Assembly: GCA_963711565.1 (NCBI GenBank)
Contig: CAVQEQ010000003.1
Coordinates: forward strand, 1,408,001 to 1,472,000
Length of the DNA: 64,000 nt
Source of the DNA: an uncultured delta proteobacterium
Lineage (GTDB): Bacteria > Desulfobacterota > Binatia > Binatales > Binataceae
Direction of reading: 5' to 3'
In this document: positions 1 through 9,442 of the stretch, one piece after another
Layout of the letters: each line of letters opens with the position of its first letter
Numbering within the stretch: position 1 is the first letter of the stretch
Notes under the pieces: generated by a model
What the model saw: the letters and a program-made list of their open reading frames with translations, nothing else
Told to the model about the DNA's origin: nothing
Database searches by the model: none
Program-made: the position numbers and the translations under genes

Positions 1-574
1 CAAGGTTGGCAATGCCTACGACCTGGGCGAAGTTGCCGCCGACAGTTTCAACGTCGTGTACATGAACGCGGTCTTTCACTGGCTGCCGGAAAAGTCTGCC
101 CCGCTCCGCGCGGTCCTCCACGCGCTGAAACCGGGCGGCCGGTTCGGCCTCACCACCGTGTCCCCCGAGAGGGCCGCGAACTGGCTCCACGTGATCAGGC
201 AACGAGTGCTCGCGCGCGAGCCCTACAGCAAATATCCCGAGGCACAGGGTAGCCAGAACTATCGCGTCAGCCGCGACGAGATAGAGAAGCTGCTGTTGGA
301 GAACGGCTTCGCGGTCGCGAAGCTGGAAACGCGCGTGAGCGTCAGAAACGCGTCGGCGCGCGGCCAATGGACGATCGAGGGCGCAATCGATTTCGCCGAG
401 GCAAGCTCGTTCGGCAATTTTCTCGGACATCTGCCGCAGGAGTTGCAGGCGCCGGCGCGCGAAGATATCAAGCGCGAGCTCGAGAGCATCCGGGCGCGGC
501 GCAAGCCCGACGACGTTGCACGCGAAAATACCCCGAGCCGCGGCCGCATCATCGCGGTCGCAACCAAACCCTAG
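1..574 (+). CDS. Class I SAM-dependent methyltransferase (5' truncated by window edge)
   Basis: Frame open from the window start; SFNVVYMNAVFHW and LKPGGRF motifs typical of Methyltransf_11/25. Confidence 0.75.
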   Translation, partial: KVGNAYDLGEVAADSFNVVYMNAVFHWLPEKSAPLRAVLHALKPGGRFGLTTVSPERAANWLHVIRQRVLAREPYSKYPEAQGSQNYRVSRDEIEKLLLENGFAVAKLETRVSVRNASARGQWTIEGAIDFAEASSFGNFLGHLPQELQAPAREDIKRELESIRARRKPDDVARENTPSRGRIIAVATKP

Positions 575-651
575 CTGCCTCTGCTCGCGACCGAGGCCGG
601 AATCGTTCCCGGTCTTTTCTTTTGAAGATTCCTTGTGCGACTCTCGCTGCC

Positions 652-1992
652 ATGGCGAAACAGGGAATCCTCACGCTCGCGGCAATTTTCCTGCTGGAGG
701 CGTTTATGCCCGGATTGCATCCGGCCAATGCAAGCACGGACAGCCGAGTGGACGAATTGTTCACCGCGCTTCGCGACCGCAGGTTCACCAAGGCGACGGA
801 ACATTTCGATCCCACGATGAAGCAGGGGCTGTCCGCCGATCAGCTCCAGACGGTGTGGCTTCAGATCGTTGCCACCGAAGGCAACCTCGAGAAGTGGAAA
901 ATCATCCAGCGCGGCGAAATGTCGGGCATCAACGTGGTCGGCGTCGAGCTGACTTTCGAGCACGGCAAGCTGCTGTCCACCGTGTCGGTCAGGCCGCAGA
1001 CCGACGAGATAGCGGGCCTCTACTTCAGACCGCTGCCAACCGAGCCAGGCGCATCGTTGTCGCCGGCGACCTTGCCGCCGTATGCTGACGCGGTGAAGTT
1101 TCATGCTGAAGCGGTGACCGTCGGCGAAAATCCGTGGAAGCTGCCGGGCATCCTGACTATTCCAAACGGTAGCGGGCCGTTCCCCGCGATCGTGCTGCTG
1201 GCTGGATCGGGACCGCAAGATCGCGACGAGACGATCGGCCCCAATCACATCTTCAAAGATCTCGCGGAAGGGTTGAGCACGCGCGGAATCGTTGTGCTCC
1301 GATACGACAAGCGCACTTATGCGTACCATACTCTCGATCCGCAGAAGGTCACGGTGGAGGAAGAAGTAATCGACGACGGCGTTGCGGCGGTGCGGCTACT
1401 GCGCGCGCGGCGCGAAGTGGAGCGGGACCGGATATTCGTCGTCGGACACAGCCTTGGCGCGATGCTAACTCCGGAAGTCGCCAAAAAAGCCTGGCCGGTT
1501 GCGGGAATCGTGCTGCTCGCGCCGGTCGGACGCAAACTGCCCGCCGTGGTCGTGCAGCAGATGCGGTATCTCGGCCAGGCGTCGCCAGATCAACTGGCGC
1601 TGATCGAGCGGCAGGCTGACGAAATCTCGGCCCACAAGATGCCGCCCGCGCAATATTGGCTCGGCGCGCCCGCGTCATACTACTACGACCTCGATGCGCG
1701 CGACGAGGTCGCGATAGCGCGTAGTCTCAACGTCCCGATCCTGATTCTGCACGGCGGGCGCGATTACCAGGTGATCGACGAGGATATACGCATCTGGCAG
1801 AAGGGCCTTAAGGGCGACGCGAAGGTACAGGTCGATACGTTTCCCTCGCTCAATCATCTGTTCATCGCGGGCGCCGGCAAGCCGGGGCCGGCCGAGTACG
1901 AAACGCCGGGTCATGTTGACGTCGCGGTGATCGGAACGGTCGCAAGCTTCATCGCAAACGCCGCCGGCACGACGACCGCGCGCGGTGAGTAG
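652..1992 (+). CDS. Secreted alpha/beta hydrolase with N-terminal DUF3887-like domain
   Basis: Signal peptide from ATG 652; GSGPQDRD, GHSLG nucleophile elbow, ILHGGRD, LNH catalytic His. Confidence 0.85.
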   Translation: MAKQGILTLAAIFLLEAFMPGLHPANASTDSRVDELFTALRDRRFTKATEHFDPTMKQGLSADQLQTVWLQIVATEGNLEKWKIIQRGEMSGINVVGVELTFEHGKLLSTVSVRPQTDEIAGLYFRPLPTEPGASLSPATLPPYADAVKFHAEAVTVGENPWKLPGILTIPNGSGPFPAIVLLAGSGPQDRDETIGPNHIFKDLAEGLSTRGIVVLRYDKRTYAYHTLDPQKVTVEEEVIDDGVAAVRLLRARREVERDRIFVVGHSLGAMLTPEVAKKAWPVAGIVLLAPVGRKLPAVVVQQMRYLGQASPDQLALIERQADEISAHKMPPAQYWLGAPASYYYDLDARDEVAIARSLNVPILILHGGRDYQVIDEDIRIWQKGLKGDAKVQVDTFPSLNHLFIAGAGKPGPAEYETPGHVDVAVIGTVASFIANAAGTTTARGE

Positions 1993-2012
1993 TCGCGTCA
2001 AGGGGCGTCGAA

Positions 2013-2702
2013 TTGAAAGCATCGGCAATAATAGTCGCGGCGGGCAGCGGCGTGCGGCTTGGGTCGAGTGTGCCCAAGGCGTTCGTGAAGATCGGCGGCC
2101 GCACGATGCTCTCCTATTCGCTCGTCACAGTTCGGCAGATCGATTCGATTAGCGAAGTTGTGATCGCGATTCCGAATGGATTCGAAAATGCTGCGCGCGC
2201 CGAAGTCGCCGCGGCCCGGCTTGGCGTGCCGGTCAAGATTACGCCGGGCGGAATCGAGCGCCAGGACTCGGTTCGAATCGCGCTGGAACTCACGAGCGCG
2301 GAAAGCGAGCTTGTGATCGTGCATGACGCCGCGCGCCCGCTGGCGACGCCGGCAATTTTCGAGGCGTGTCTAAGCGCGGCGGCCCGCGCCGGCGGCGCGA
2401 TCGCCGCGGTACCAGTGTCCGACACTCTGAAACGCATCGTGGACGGCGCGATCAGCGCGACCGTCGCGCGGGCGGGGTTATGGCAAGCGCAAACTCCGCA
2501 GGCATTTCGCCGCGACTTGCTGGTTGCGGCGCATCGGCGCGCCGTCAGGGAGGGAATCGTCGCGACCGATGACGCGGACCTGGTCGAACGAACGGGAGCG
2601 CGCGTCGAAGTGGTCGAAGCCTCGACCAACAACATCAAGATCACGACACCGTCCGACCTGGCGATAGTCGAAGCAATCATCGCCGCGCGAATGGTCAACT
2701 AA
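2013..2702 (+). CDS. ispD: 2-C-methyl-D-erythritol 4-phosphate cytidylyltransferase
   Basis: AAGSGVRLG..PKAF, GGIERQDSV, VHDAARP, QAQTPQAF, TDDA, NIKITTPSDL; TTG start. Confidence 0.95.
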   Translation: MKASAIIVAAGSGVRLGSSVPKAFVKIGGRTMLSYSLVTVRQIDSISEVVIAIPNGFENAARAEVAAARLGVPVKITPGGIERQDSVRIALELTSAESELVIVHDAARPLATPAIFEACLSAAARAGGAIAAVPVSDTLKRIVDGAISATVARAGLWQAQTPQAFRRDLLVAAHRRAVREGIVATDDADLVERTGARVEVVEASTNNIKITTPSDLAIVEAIIAARMVN

Positions 2703-2705
2703 TAG

Positions 2706-4700
2706 CTAAGATGAGGTCCGGAGGCGGCGGGTGTCGCCTACTCGGGTCGTAACGCCGATGTGATCGAAGTGATCGAGCAGCGCGATTGCGAACTTGCGCG
2801 ATGCGCCCAGCAGGTCGCGGAATGTCGCAGCGGTGATTTCCGGGTGAGTCGCGAGATATTCGACCAGGCGATCCTTTGCGGTGTCGGCGGCGGCGCGGCT
2901 GAAATACAGATCGGTGGCTATTTTCATGACGCGACCCTCACGCTCCATCGCGAGCAGCACGGTTCTTAGATGAGGGAGCTGCCCGGAGGGAATTTTCAAA
3001 GCCTCGGCCAGCTGCTTGAGATCCGGGGGCTGGAATTCTGCGCGCGTCAGCGCGGCTTCGATTTTTCCACCGAGCGTTTCGGCGTCACCGCCTAGTTGCA
3101 CGCGATGACTTTTCAAGCGCAGCACACTTTCCTCGCGCACAATTTCTGACTCATGGCTGAGGCGATCGACGATCGGGCGGAACGCGCGCGCGCCGATTTC
3201 GTAGGGCAGCCGCGTGCGCAGCGCTTCCATCTCGAGGCCCGGCGATAGCGGCTCGGTTTTGTGGTGCACTGCGAGCTCGTCGAGCGCGAAGCGTTTGAGC
3301 GCATCCCGTCTGGTGCGCGTGGTGAAAGCTTCTTCGTCGCCGACTGACAGCTTAATGAAGCGCTGCGCTTCGCGAAGCGCTACTTCGGCCTCCGCGTCGG
3401 GGATGTTCATGAGGGTTGCGATGCTTGTCGTGCCGAGCGCGAAACTTTCCTGCAGATTGATCAATGCTTCGAGCGCATTGCCGCCGGACGAATCCTTGAG
3501 CGTGCGGAGATTGGCGCGATAGGACTCGATCGGCTTGCGGACGCGGCGCCCCAGCGGATTCAACACGATGCCGCCGCCGAGAGTGCGCGAATTGGTTTCG
3601 TCGCGGATGACGAAGCGGTCGCCCGCCAGCGCGACGACAGGGTCCTCGGTCACGAGTTGCACGAGACCAGCGGCTTTGGGCGCGATCGAATAGTGGAGCG
3701 GGCCGCCGTGCCCGCTCTCTTCAGCGGCGGGCACGGCGGCCCGCCCCACTACTCCTGCCTCCTCGAGCACGATCGCACGCGCGATGGTCTCGGCAGTACC
3801 GATGAACAGTCGCACACGGGTGTTGTTCTTGAGCGCGCGCTTGGCGGCGGGACGAATCTCGAGCCATGCGTCGAAGCGCGAGGTCGCGGCGTCGAGCCGC
3901 TCGTCGGCCAGCACGTCGCCGCGGGAGAGATCCAGCTTTTCGGCGCCGGTGAGATTGAGCGCGACGCGCTGGCATAGACCGGCGCTCTCGACCGGGTCCG
4001 AATGCACCTGGATCGAACGCACGCGCACCTCGCTTCCCGACGGGAGCACGCGGAGCTTGTCGCCGACGCGCACCTCGGCGCCCATCGCAGTGCCGGTCAC
4101 GACGATGCCGTGTCCTTTGATGACGAACGCGCGGTCGAGTGGCAGCCGGAAGATGCCGGTGGCGCGCCGCGCCTGGAAGCCGTCGAGCTGTCGGACGATC
4201 TCGGCGCGTAACTGGTCGAGCCCCATGCCGGTGATCGACGAGACCTCGATGACCGGCGCGCCGGCGAGCGTGGTGCCGTCTGCCAGCAGTTCGATTTCAT
4301 CGCGCACGTCGCGGATGCGCGCGGCGTCGGCAAGGTCAGCTTTGGTGATCACGAAGATGCCGCGGCGCGTGCCGAGCAGATGCAGGATGTCGAGATGCTC
4401 CTCGGTCTGCGGCATCACGCCGTCGTCGGCAGCGACGGTGAACAGCACGAGATCGATCCCGTGTGCGCCGGCGAGCATATTGCGGATGAAGCGCTCGTGG
4501 CCGGGGACGTCGACGACGCCGGCGCGAGTGCCGTCGGGCAGTGTGAAGTAGGCGAAGCCGAGGTCGATGGAAATCCCGCGCTCCTTTTCCTCCTTGAGGC
4601 GATCGGTGTCCTGTCCCGTGAGCGCCCTGATCAGCGCGGTCTTGCCGTGATCGATATGGCCGGCGGTGCCGATGATGGCGTGAGTGGTGGGAGAAGCCAT
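2706..4700 (-). CDS. selB: Selenocysteine-specific translation elongation factor
   Basis: [37 protein letters not shown]-terminal winged helix [20 protein letters not shown]; start moved to ATG 4700. Confidence 0.97.
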   Translation of the reverse strand: MASPTTHAIIGTAGHIDHGKTALIRALTGQDTDRLKEEKERGISIDLGFAYFTLPDGTRAGVVDVPGHERFIRNMLAGAHGIDLVLFTVAADDGVMPQTEEHLDILHLLGTRRGIFVITKADLADAARIRDVRDEIELLADGTTLAGAPVIEVSSITGMGLDQLRAEIVRQLDGFQARRATGIFRLPLDRAFVIKGHGIVVTGTAMGAEVRVGDKLRVLPSGSEVRVRSIQVHSDPVESAGLCQRVALNLTGAEKLDLSRGDVLADERLDAATSRFDAWLEIRPAAKRALKNNTRVRLFIGTAETIARAIVLEEAGVVGRAAVPAAEESGHGGPLHYSIAPKAAGLVQLVTEDPVVALAGDRFVIRDETNSRTLGGGIVLNPLGRRVRKPIESYRANLRTLKDSSGGNALEALINLQESFALGTTSIATLMNIPDAEAEVALREAQRFIKLSVGDEEAFTTRTRRDALKRFALDELAVHHKTEPLSPGLEMEALRTRLPYEIGARAFRPIVDRLSHESEIVREESVLRLKSHRVQLGGDAETLGGKIEAALTRAEFQPPDLKQLAEALKIPSGQLPHLRTVLLAMEREGRVMKIATDLYFSRAAADTAKDRLVEYLATHPEITAATFRDLLGASRKFAIALLDHFDHIGVTTRVGDTRRLRTSS
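3691..3751. repeat. REP/MITE-like palindrome inside selB (25-bp arms, 24/25 complementary, 11-nt loop)
   Basis: tagtggagcgggccgccgtgcccgc-N11-gcgggcacggcggcccgccccacta read directly. Confidence 0.85.
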
Positions 4701-4764
4701 CGTGGTGCGAATGTTATACTGCTCGGCGCGTGAGCCAAAGCGCGGATCGTGAAAGGGGAAGGGA

Positions 4765-5889
4765 GTGGGAAAGGCAACACGGGGACTTTGGATTTTCGGA
4801 CTAACTGCGATCGCGCTCGGTGGCTGCGGTGGCGCGCAGAATCGGCAGTCTATGCTTCCGACGGCGCAGATTGCGGCGCCGCTCAAGCTCTGTCCATCCG
4901 CGACCGCGCCGCCGAACGACCTTCTCGCCAACCCCGGCTTCATACAATTCGCGGTCTCGGTAACGGACTCGACGGGTAAGCCGGTCACCGGTCTGAAGCA
5001 ATCGGATTTCGCAGCTCACGAGGGCGGTCAAATTCTGCCGATTCAGTACTTTCATGAGGAGCCCGACGGCGCGCCAACGTCGATCGTCATCGTCATGGAC
5101 TTATCGGTATACATGGCCACCGGACTGGTCCCCCATCTGCGCAAAGTCGAAGCGGTTCAAAAAATGCTGCCTGGCGCGGTGAACAAGCTGAATGGGTGCG
5201 ACGAAATTGCGATATTGGTGTTTGGCGGCAACGAGTTTGCGGACGAGCATGCTAGCAGCCAAACGCTGAATCCTGGCGCTTACGAGGACCCTCATCCAAC
5301 ACCGATCAGGCTGATACAGCCCTTTACGACCGACCATCAACTGGCGCTGATGCGTCTGGAGTATCGGACAGCAACCGGGCTTGCGCCGCTATACGACGGG
5401 ATCCAACAAGGACTGAACGTACTGGAGTCGGCTCATTATCAGAATCGCGCGCTGATCGTTATTACCAATGGAGCGGACGACGCGAGCGAGGTCGAAAAGG
5501 AGGACCTGATCGCCAGCATCAACCAGAGCCGTGTGCCGCTTTACGCGATCGAACTTGGCAAACCCAACGCCCCCGCCTTCCGTAGTCCTCCTACCATGGT
5601 GATTCTCCCATATCCGATTCCCATCAAGATTGGAGACAGCCCACTCGTCGATACAGGAACGCTCGTGAAGCTGACGGCGCCGAACGGCGGCCAGTTGTTA
5701 ATCGTTCCGCACCCGACGTACGACCCCGCCGTGACGCTGAATGACGAGCTCAATTCGACGGTGACGGCTCTCAACCACGGGTACTCGATCGGAGTAGTCG
5801 CGCCCTCGGGAGCGGCGCGCCCCGAGATTGTCCTTGCGAACCGACCTCAGATCAGGGTGAGAGCGCACGCGGTTCCCCGCTTGCAATAG
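4765..5889 (+). CDS. VWA-domain lipoprotein
   Basis: Lipobox LGGC; VSVTDSTGKPVTGLKQSDF, SIVIVMDLS, LYDGI, RALIVITNG typical of VWFA-related proteins; MIDAS degenerate. Confidence 0.75.
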   Translation: MGKATRGLWIFGLTAIALGGCGGAQNRQSMLPTAQIAAPLKLCPSATAPPNDLLANPGFIQFAVSVTDSTGKPVTGLKQSDFAAHEGGQILPIQYFHEEPDGAPTSIVIVMDLSVYMATGLVPHLRKVEAVQKMLPGAVNKLNGCDEIAILVFGGNEFADEHASSQTLNPGAYEDPHPTPIRLIQPFTTDHQLALMRLEYRTATGLAPLYDGIQQGLNVLESAHYQNRALIVITNGADDASEVEKEDLIASINQSRVPLYAIELGKPNAPAFRSPPTMVILPYPIPIKIGDSPLVDTGTLVKLTAPNGGQLLIVPHPTYDPAVTLNDELNSTVTALNHGYSIGVVAPSGAARPEIVLANRPQIRVRAHAVPRLQ

Positions 5890-5896
5890 TCGGCAG

Positions 5897-6271
5897 CTAC
5901 TGCATCTGCCTGGTGTACATCGCCATATCGAAGTAGTCGCGCCATGCGCTGATCTTCGATCCGGTGATTTCGAACACACCGGCCACTGGTAGCGAGATTG
6001 TTTTCCCGTTGCCAAGGTCGAAGACGTCGATGCGCTCGTTGAAAACCACGTTGCCAGCGCCGGCGGTCTTCAGCACTTTGAAATGCAGCGACTTGGCCAT
6101 CGGCAGGAAGGTGTTGATGACGGCTTTGATCGCTTCTTTGCCCTTGGCGGGTTCGAGCGGGATGTTGTGATAGACGGCGTCGTCGGTGAAGAAGCCGAGC
6201 AGCTCGTCGACGTTCTTGCGCGGCCGTGCGTTGCAGAATTCGGTCACGATTTTTTCAGCATCGGTTGCCAC
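5897..6271 (-). CDS. Limonene-1,2-epoxide hydrolase family (SnoaL-like) protein
   Basis: DAVYHNIP, VFNERIDVF, LPVAGVFE, ISAWRDYFD. Confidence 0.85.
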   Translation of the reverse strand: MATDAEKIVTEFCNARPRKNVDELLGFFTDDAVYHNIPLEPAKGKEAIKAVINTFLPMAKSLHFKVLKTAGAGNVVFNERIDVFDLGNGKTISLPVAGVFEITGSKISAWRDYFDMAMYTRQMQ

Positions 6272-6282
6272 TGCGAGTTCTC

Positions 6283-6771
6283 CTATTCGTGGTCGAGATA
6301 AAAGCGGTCCTCGTCCTTGTTATAGCCGAACAGCTCGGCGTAACGCCCCCAGTTCACCATCGTGATGAACTGGCGCTCGGGCTTTTCGCTCGGCAGCAGC
6401 ATCGCAAGGTGTTCGAGCGCGACTTCCTTTGTCAGAGACTTATCCTCCTGGCCGTGAAGGAGGCGGATGAAGTAGCTGAAGAGGCTGTGCTTCTTCAACT
6501 GCTCGCGCAGCATCAGCTTGCGCTCGTTCACGTCGGCCGCGAGAAATTGTTTGCCGAGCGGTTCGAGCACGACGTCGCCGGCCGGAGTTGAGACGAGGCC
6601 GAGGATTTCCGCCGCCTTCATCACCTTGAGCAAATCACCGAATTTGAAATTGAGATCGCGCGCGATTTTGTAGCCGTCTTCGCGCCCGCCGCGATCCTCG
6701 AGCAATTCGAGCAGTCCAAAGACCATCGTCAGGCCGATATCGGGCAGGGGATAGATCGACGCTGGAGACAT
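6283..6771 (-). CDS. Stand-alone AAA-associated (AAA_assoc_C) domain protein of NitT/TauT-type ABC system
   Basis: KAAEILGLV...GDVVL, WGRYAELFGY motif; 1-nt TGATG overlap with upstream ATPase. Confidence 0.8.
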   Translation of the reverse strand: MSPASIYPLPDIGLTMVFGLLELLEDRGGREDGYKIARDLNFKFGDLLKVMKAAEILGLVSTPAGDVVLEPLGKQFLAADVNERKLMLREQLKKHSLFSYFIRLLHGQEDKSLTKEVALEHLAMLLPSEKPERQFITMVNWGRYAELFGYNKDEDRFYLDHE

Positions 6772-7529
6772 CAGCCTCGCTCCTCGATTAGCGAGAAGAC
6801 CTTGTCGGTCAGCGCGTTGAAAGCTTCGGTGCGGCGGTCGCGCGGTCTCGGCAACTCGACCTTGAGATCCTTGACGATGCGCCCGGGACTTGCCGCCATC
6901 ACGATGATCCGATCGGCGAGCTCGATTGCCTCCTCAATGATGTGGGTTACGTGCACTATGTTCTTTACCGGCATGTCGGGCGACTGCCAGATGTCGAGCA
7001 ATTCCTCGCGCAGCGTGATTGCGGTCAGGGCGTCGAGTGCGGAGAACGGCTCGTCCATCAGGAGCACCTTGGGCTCGACGGCAAGCGCGCGGGCGAAACC
7101 GACGCGCTGCTTCATCCCGCCGGATAGCTCGCGCGGGTAGGCTTCCTCGAAACCATCGAGACCGACCTTGTCGATATAAATTCCGGCGCGTTTCTCGCGC
7201 TCGGCCGGCGGCAGTCCCTGCGCTTCGAGGCCGAGCTCGACATTGGCCTTGACCGACAGCCACGGCAGCAGCGCGAACGATTGGAACACCAGCGCGCATT
7301 CGAGATTGATCCCGTCAACCTGGCGGCCGCGGTACAGCACCTGTCCGGAAGTCATCGGCACGATGCCGTTGATGATGCGTAGCAGCGTTGACTTGCCGCA
7401 TCCCGAGGGGCCGACGATCGCGACGAACTCGCCTTCCTCGACGTTGAAGCTGATGTCGTTGAGCACCTGCAACATGCCCTTCGCGTGCGCGAAGCTTTTC
7501 GAGATGTTCTTGAGCTCGAGGAAGGCCAT
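6771..7529 (-). CDS. NitT/TauT family ABC transporter ATP-binding protein
   Basis: Walker A GPSGCGKS, LSGGMKQRVG, LMDEPFSALD, VTH. Confidence 0.93.
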   Translation of the reverse strand: MAFLELKNISKSFAHAKGMLQVLNDISFNVEEGEFVAIVGPSGCGKSTLLRIINGIVPMTSGQVLYRGRQVDGINLECALVFQSFALLPWLSVKANVELGLEAQGLPPAEREKRAGIYIDKVGLDGFEEAYPRELSGGMKQRVGFARALAVEPKVLLMDEPFSALDALTAITLREELLDIWQSPDMPVKNIVHVTHIIEEAIELADRIIVMAASPGRIVKDLKVELPRPRDRRTEAFNALTDKVFSLIEERG

Positions 7530-7566
7530 GGGTCAGATGAGTCCGAATCGCACATTGTGGGACGCG

Positions 7567-9297
7567 TCAGTAGTCCAGCCTGTAGCGCTCCGTGGCGAGG
7601 TTGTACAAGGGCCGCCACATGAGGCGGTTCAACAGTAGCACTACCGCTATCATCGAAAGGAGGCTCAACAGGATCATCACGCCGTTGTTGCCCTTGCCGT
7701 AGGTGGCGGCGTCCAGCAGCGCGCCGATTCCGAGAACCTGGTGAGTCTGATCGTTGTAGACAAAATATTCGGACAGGATGAGCGCGTTCCATCCGCCGCC
7801 CCACGCGGTGATGCTGCCGGTGATCAGCGACGGCGCCACGGCCGGCAGGATCAACTTGCGCCATCGCGCGACGCGGGAGAGCCCGAACGCGCGCGCAGCT
7901 TCCTTCAAGTCCTCGGGCACCTGGTTGATTCCGGCGAGCAGGTTGAAGAGCAGGTACCATTGCATGCCGGTGAGGATGAGCACGATCGACGCGACGTTCA
8001 TCCCGCCGGTGAACTCGATGAAGGCGGCAACGATGATCGGGAACAGCGCCGTCGCCGGCATCGAGCCGACGATCTCGGCGATGGGCGACAGGATTCGGTT
8101 AAAGCGCGGATTCTCGCTGGCGGCCAGCGCGCACGGCACCGTCCACGCGAGCGAGATCGCGTAAGCGATCGTCATGCGAATAGTCGAGAGGAGGATAGCT
8201 TCGGGAATCTGCTTAGCGTCGTCGGGCCACGGCTGCGATAGCGTTCTGACCAGAGCCACGAAGCCCCGGGCCAACGCCCACAGGGTGAAGAACACTATCG
8301 TGCCGATAATCAGCGACCGCACGATATTGCCGACGCGCTTGCTTTGTTCGGGAGTCAGCTGCGGACCGCGCGGTAACGCGTCGATCGCGCGGCGCATAAA
8401 CCTGAAAGGAGGGACCAAGATCATCCGCAACCCGCGCGTGACCGCCGGGCCGACGCCGGAGAGCGCGTCGAACATCCCGAGCGATTGCACGGCGCCGGAT
8501 GACGCCGCGAATTCGTATTTGAACTTTTCGGCCCACGTGGACAGCGGCTGCCATACGATCATGTCCATCAGCACGATGATCGCGAGCAGGGTGAGAAGGC
8601 CAGCGGCGAGATCGAAATTGCGTCCTTTCTCGGAGGCTTGCCACAGGAAACTGCCCAGCCCCGGCAGCCGGTAGGTGGCGGGACCGGCCGTGATGATCTC
8701 GCACGCGATGAGGAAGTACCAGCCCGCGACCCACGACAGGATCGAGTTGTACACGAGCTTCGGCACGCTGGCGGGCAACAGCAATCGCTTGAACTTCAGC
8801 CATCCGCGGCCGCCGAACGTCTCGATGCACTCCCTGGAGTCGTCGGGAATGGTTTTGACGGCTTCGTAAACGCCGAGCGCCATGTTCCACGCCTGGCTGG
8901 TGAAGATGAGAAAGACGGCCGCCATCTCGACGCCGAGCCGGCTGCCATGCGTCAGCGCGACGAAGAAAAAGACCGCGGCGGGAAAAAACCCGACCACCGG
9001 CACCGACTGCGCGATGTCGATGGCGGGAATCAGGATGCGCTCGTAGAGGCCGCCGCGCGCCGCCGCCATGCCGTAGATGATCGAAAAAACCAGCGCGATG
9101 ATGTACGCCGCAAGCATCCGGTAAAATGAGCAGAACGCGTAGTATGGAAGATGGCGGATCGAGACGGGGACGTTGTGCGGAATGAAATGCTGAGCGTGGC
9201 TGCGATACGCGAAGAACAGCGCGATGATCGCGGCGAGCGCGAGAAACGACAGCGTGCCATTGATCAAACGGCGGGTATTTATTTCGATCCTGGGCAT
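7567..9297 (-). CDS. ABC transporter permease with two BPD_transp_1 domains (anion-transport type)
   Basis: DIAQSVPVVGFFP, IFTSQAWNM, MQWYLLFN, AWGGGWNALILSEY; start at ATG 9297. Confidence 0.88.
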   Translation of the reverse strand: MPRIEINTRRLINGTLSFLALAAIIALFFAYRSHAQHFIPHNVPVSIRHLPYYAFCSFYRMLAAYIIALVFSIIYGMAAARGGLYERILIPAIDIAQSVPVVGFFPAAVFFFVALTHGSRLGVEMAAVFLIFTSQAWNMALGVYEAVKTIPDDSRECIETFGGRGWLKFKRLLLPASVPKLVYNSILSWVAGWYFLIACEIITAGPATYRLPGLGSFLWQASEKGRNFDLAAGLLTLLAIIVLMDMIVWQPLSTWAEKFKYEFAASSGAVQSLGMFDALSGVGPAVTRGLRMILVPPFRFMRRAIDALPRGPQLTPEQSKRVGNIVRSLIIGTIVFFTLWALARGFVALVRTLSQPWPDDAKQIPEAILLSTIRMTIAYAISLAWTVPCALAASENPRFNRILSPIAEIVGSMPATALFPIIVAAFIEFTGGMNVASIVLILTGMQWYLLFNLLAGINQVPEDLKEAARAFGLSRVARWRKLILPAVAPSLITGSITAWGGGWNALILSEYFVYNDQTHQVLGIGALLDAATYGKGNNGVMILLSLLSMIAVVLLLNRLMWRPLYNLATERYRLDY

Positions 9298-9442
9298 TGT
9301 CGCGTGACCCGAACCTTCCAGCATAGCCGCGCAAGCGGTTGGCTCAAGGGCCAAGCTCATTTCAGATACATTAATTTTTCCGCGCGCGGCGTTGACAACG
9401 TGCGGTCCCGCGATTACCGACAGCGCGAGAGCGAAGAAGAGA

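Noticed and set aside
2706-5889. selA/selC/selD expected beside selB
   Set aside because: No tRNA-Sec cloverleaf or selA/selD sequence is visible in the window.
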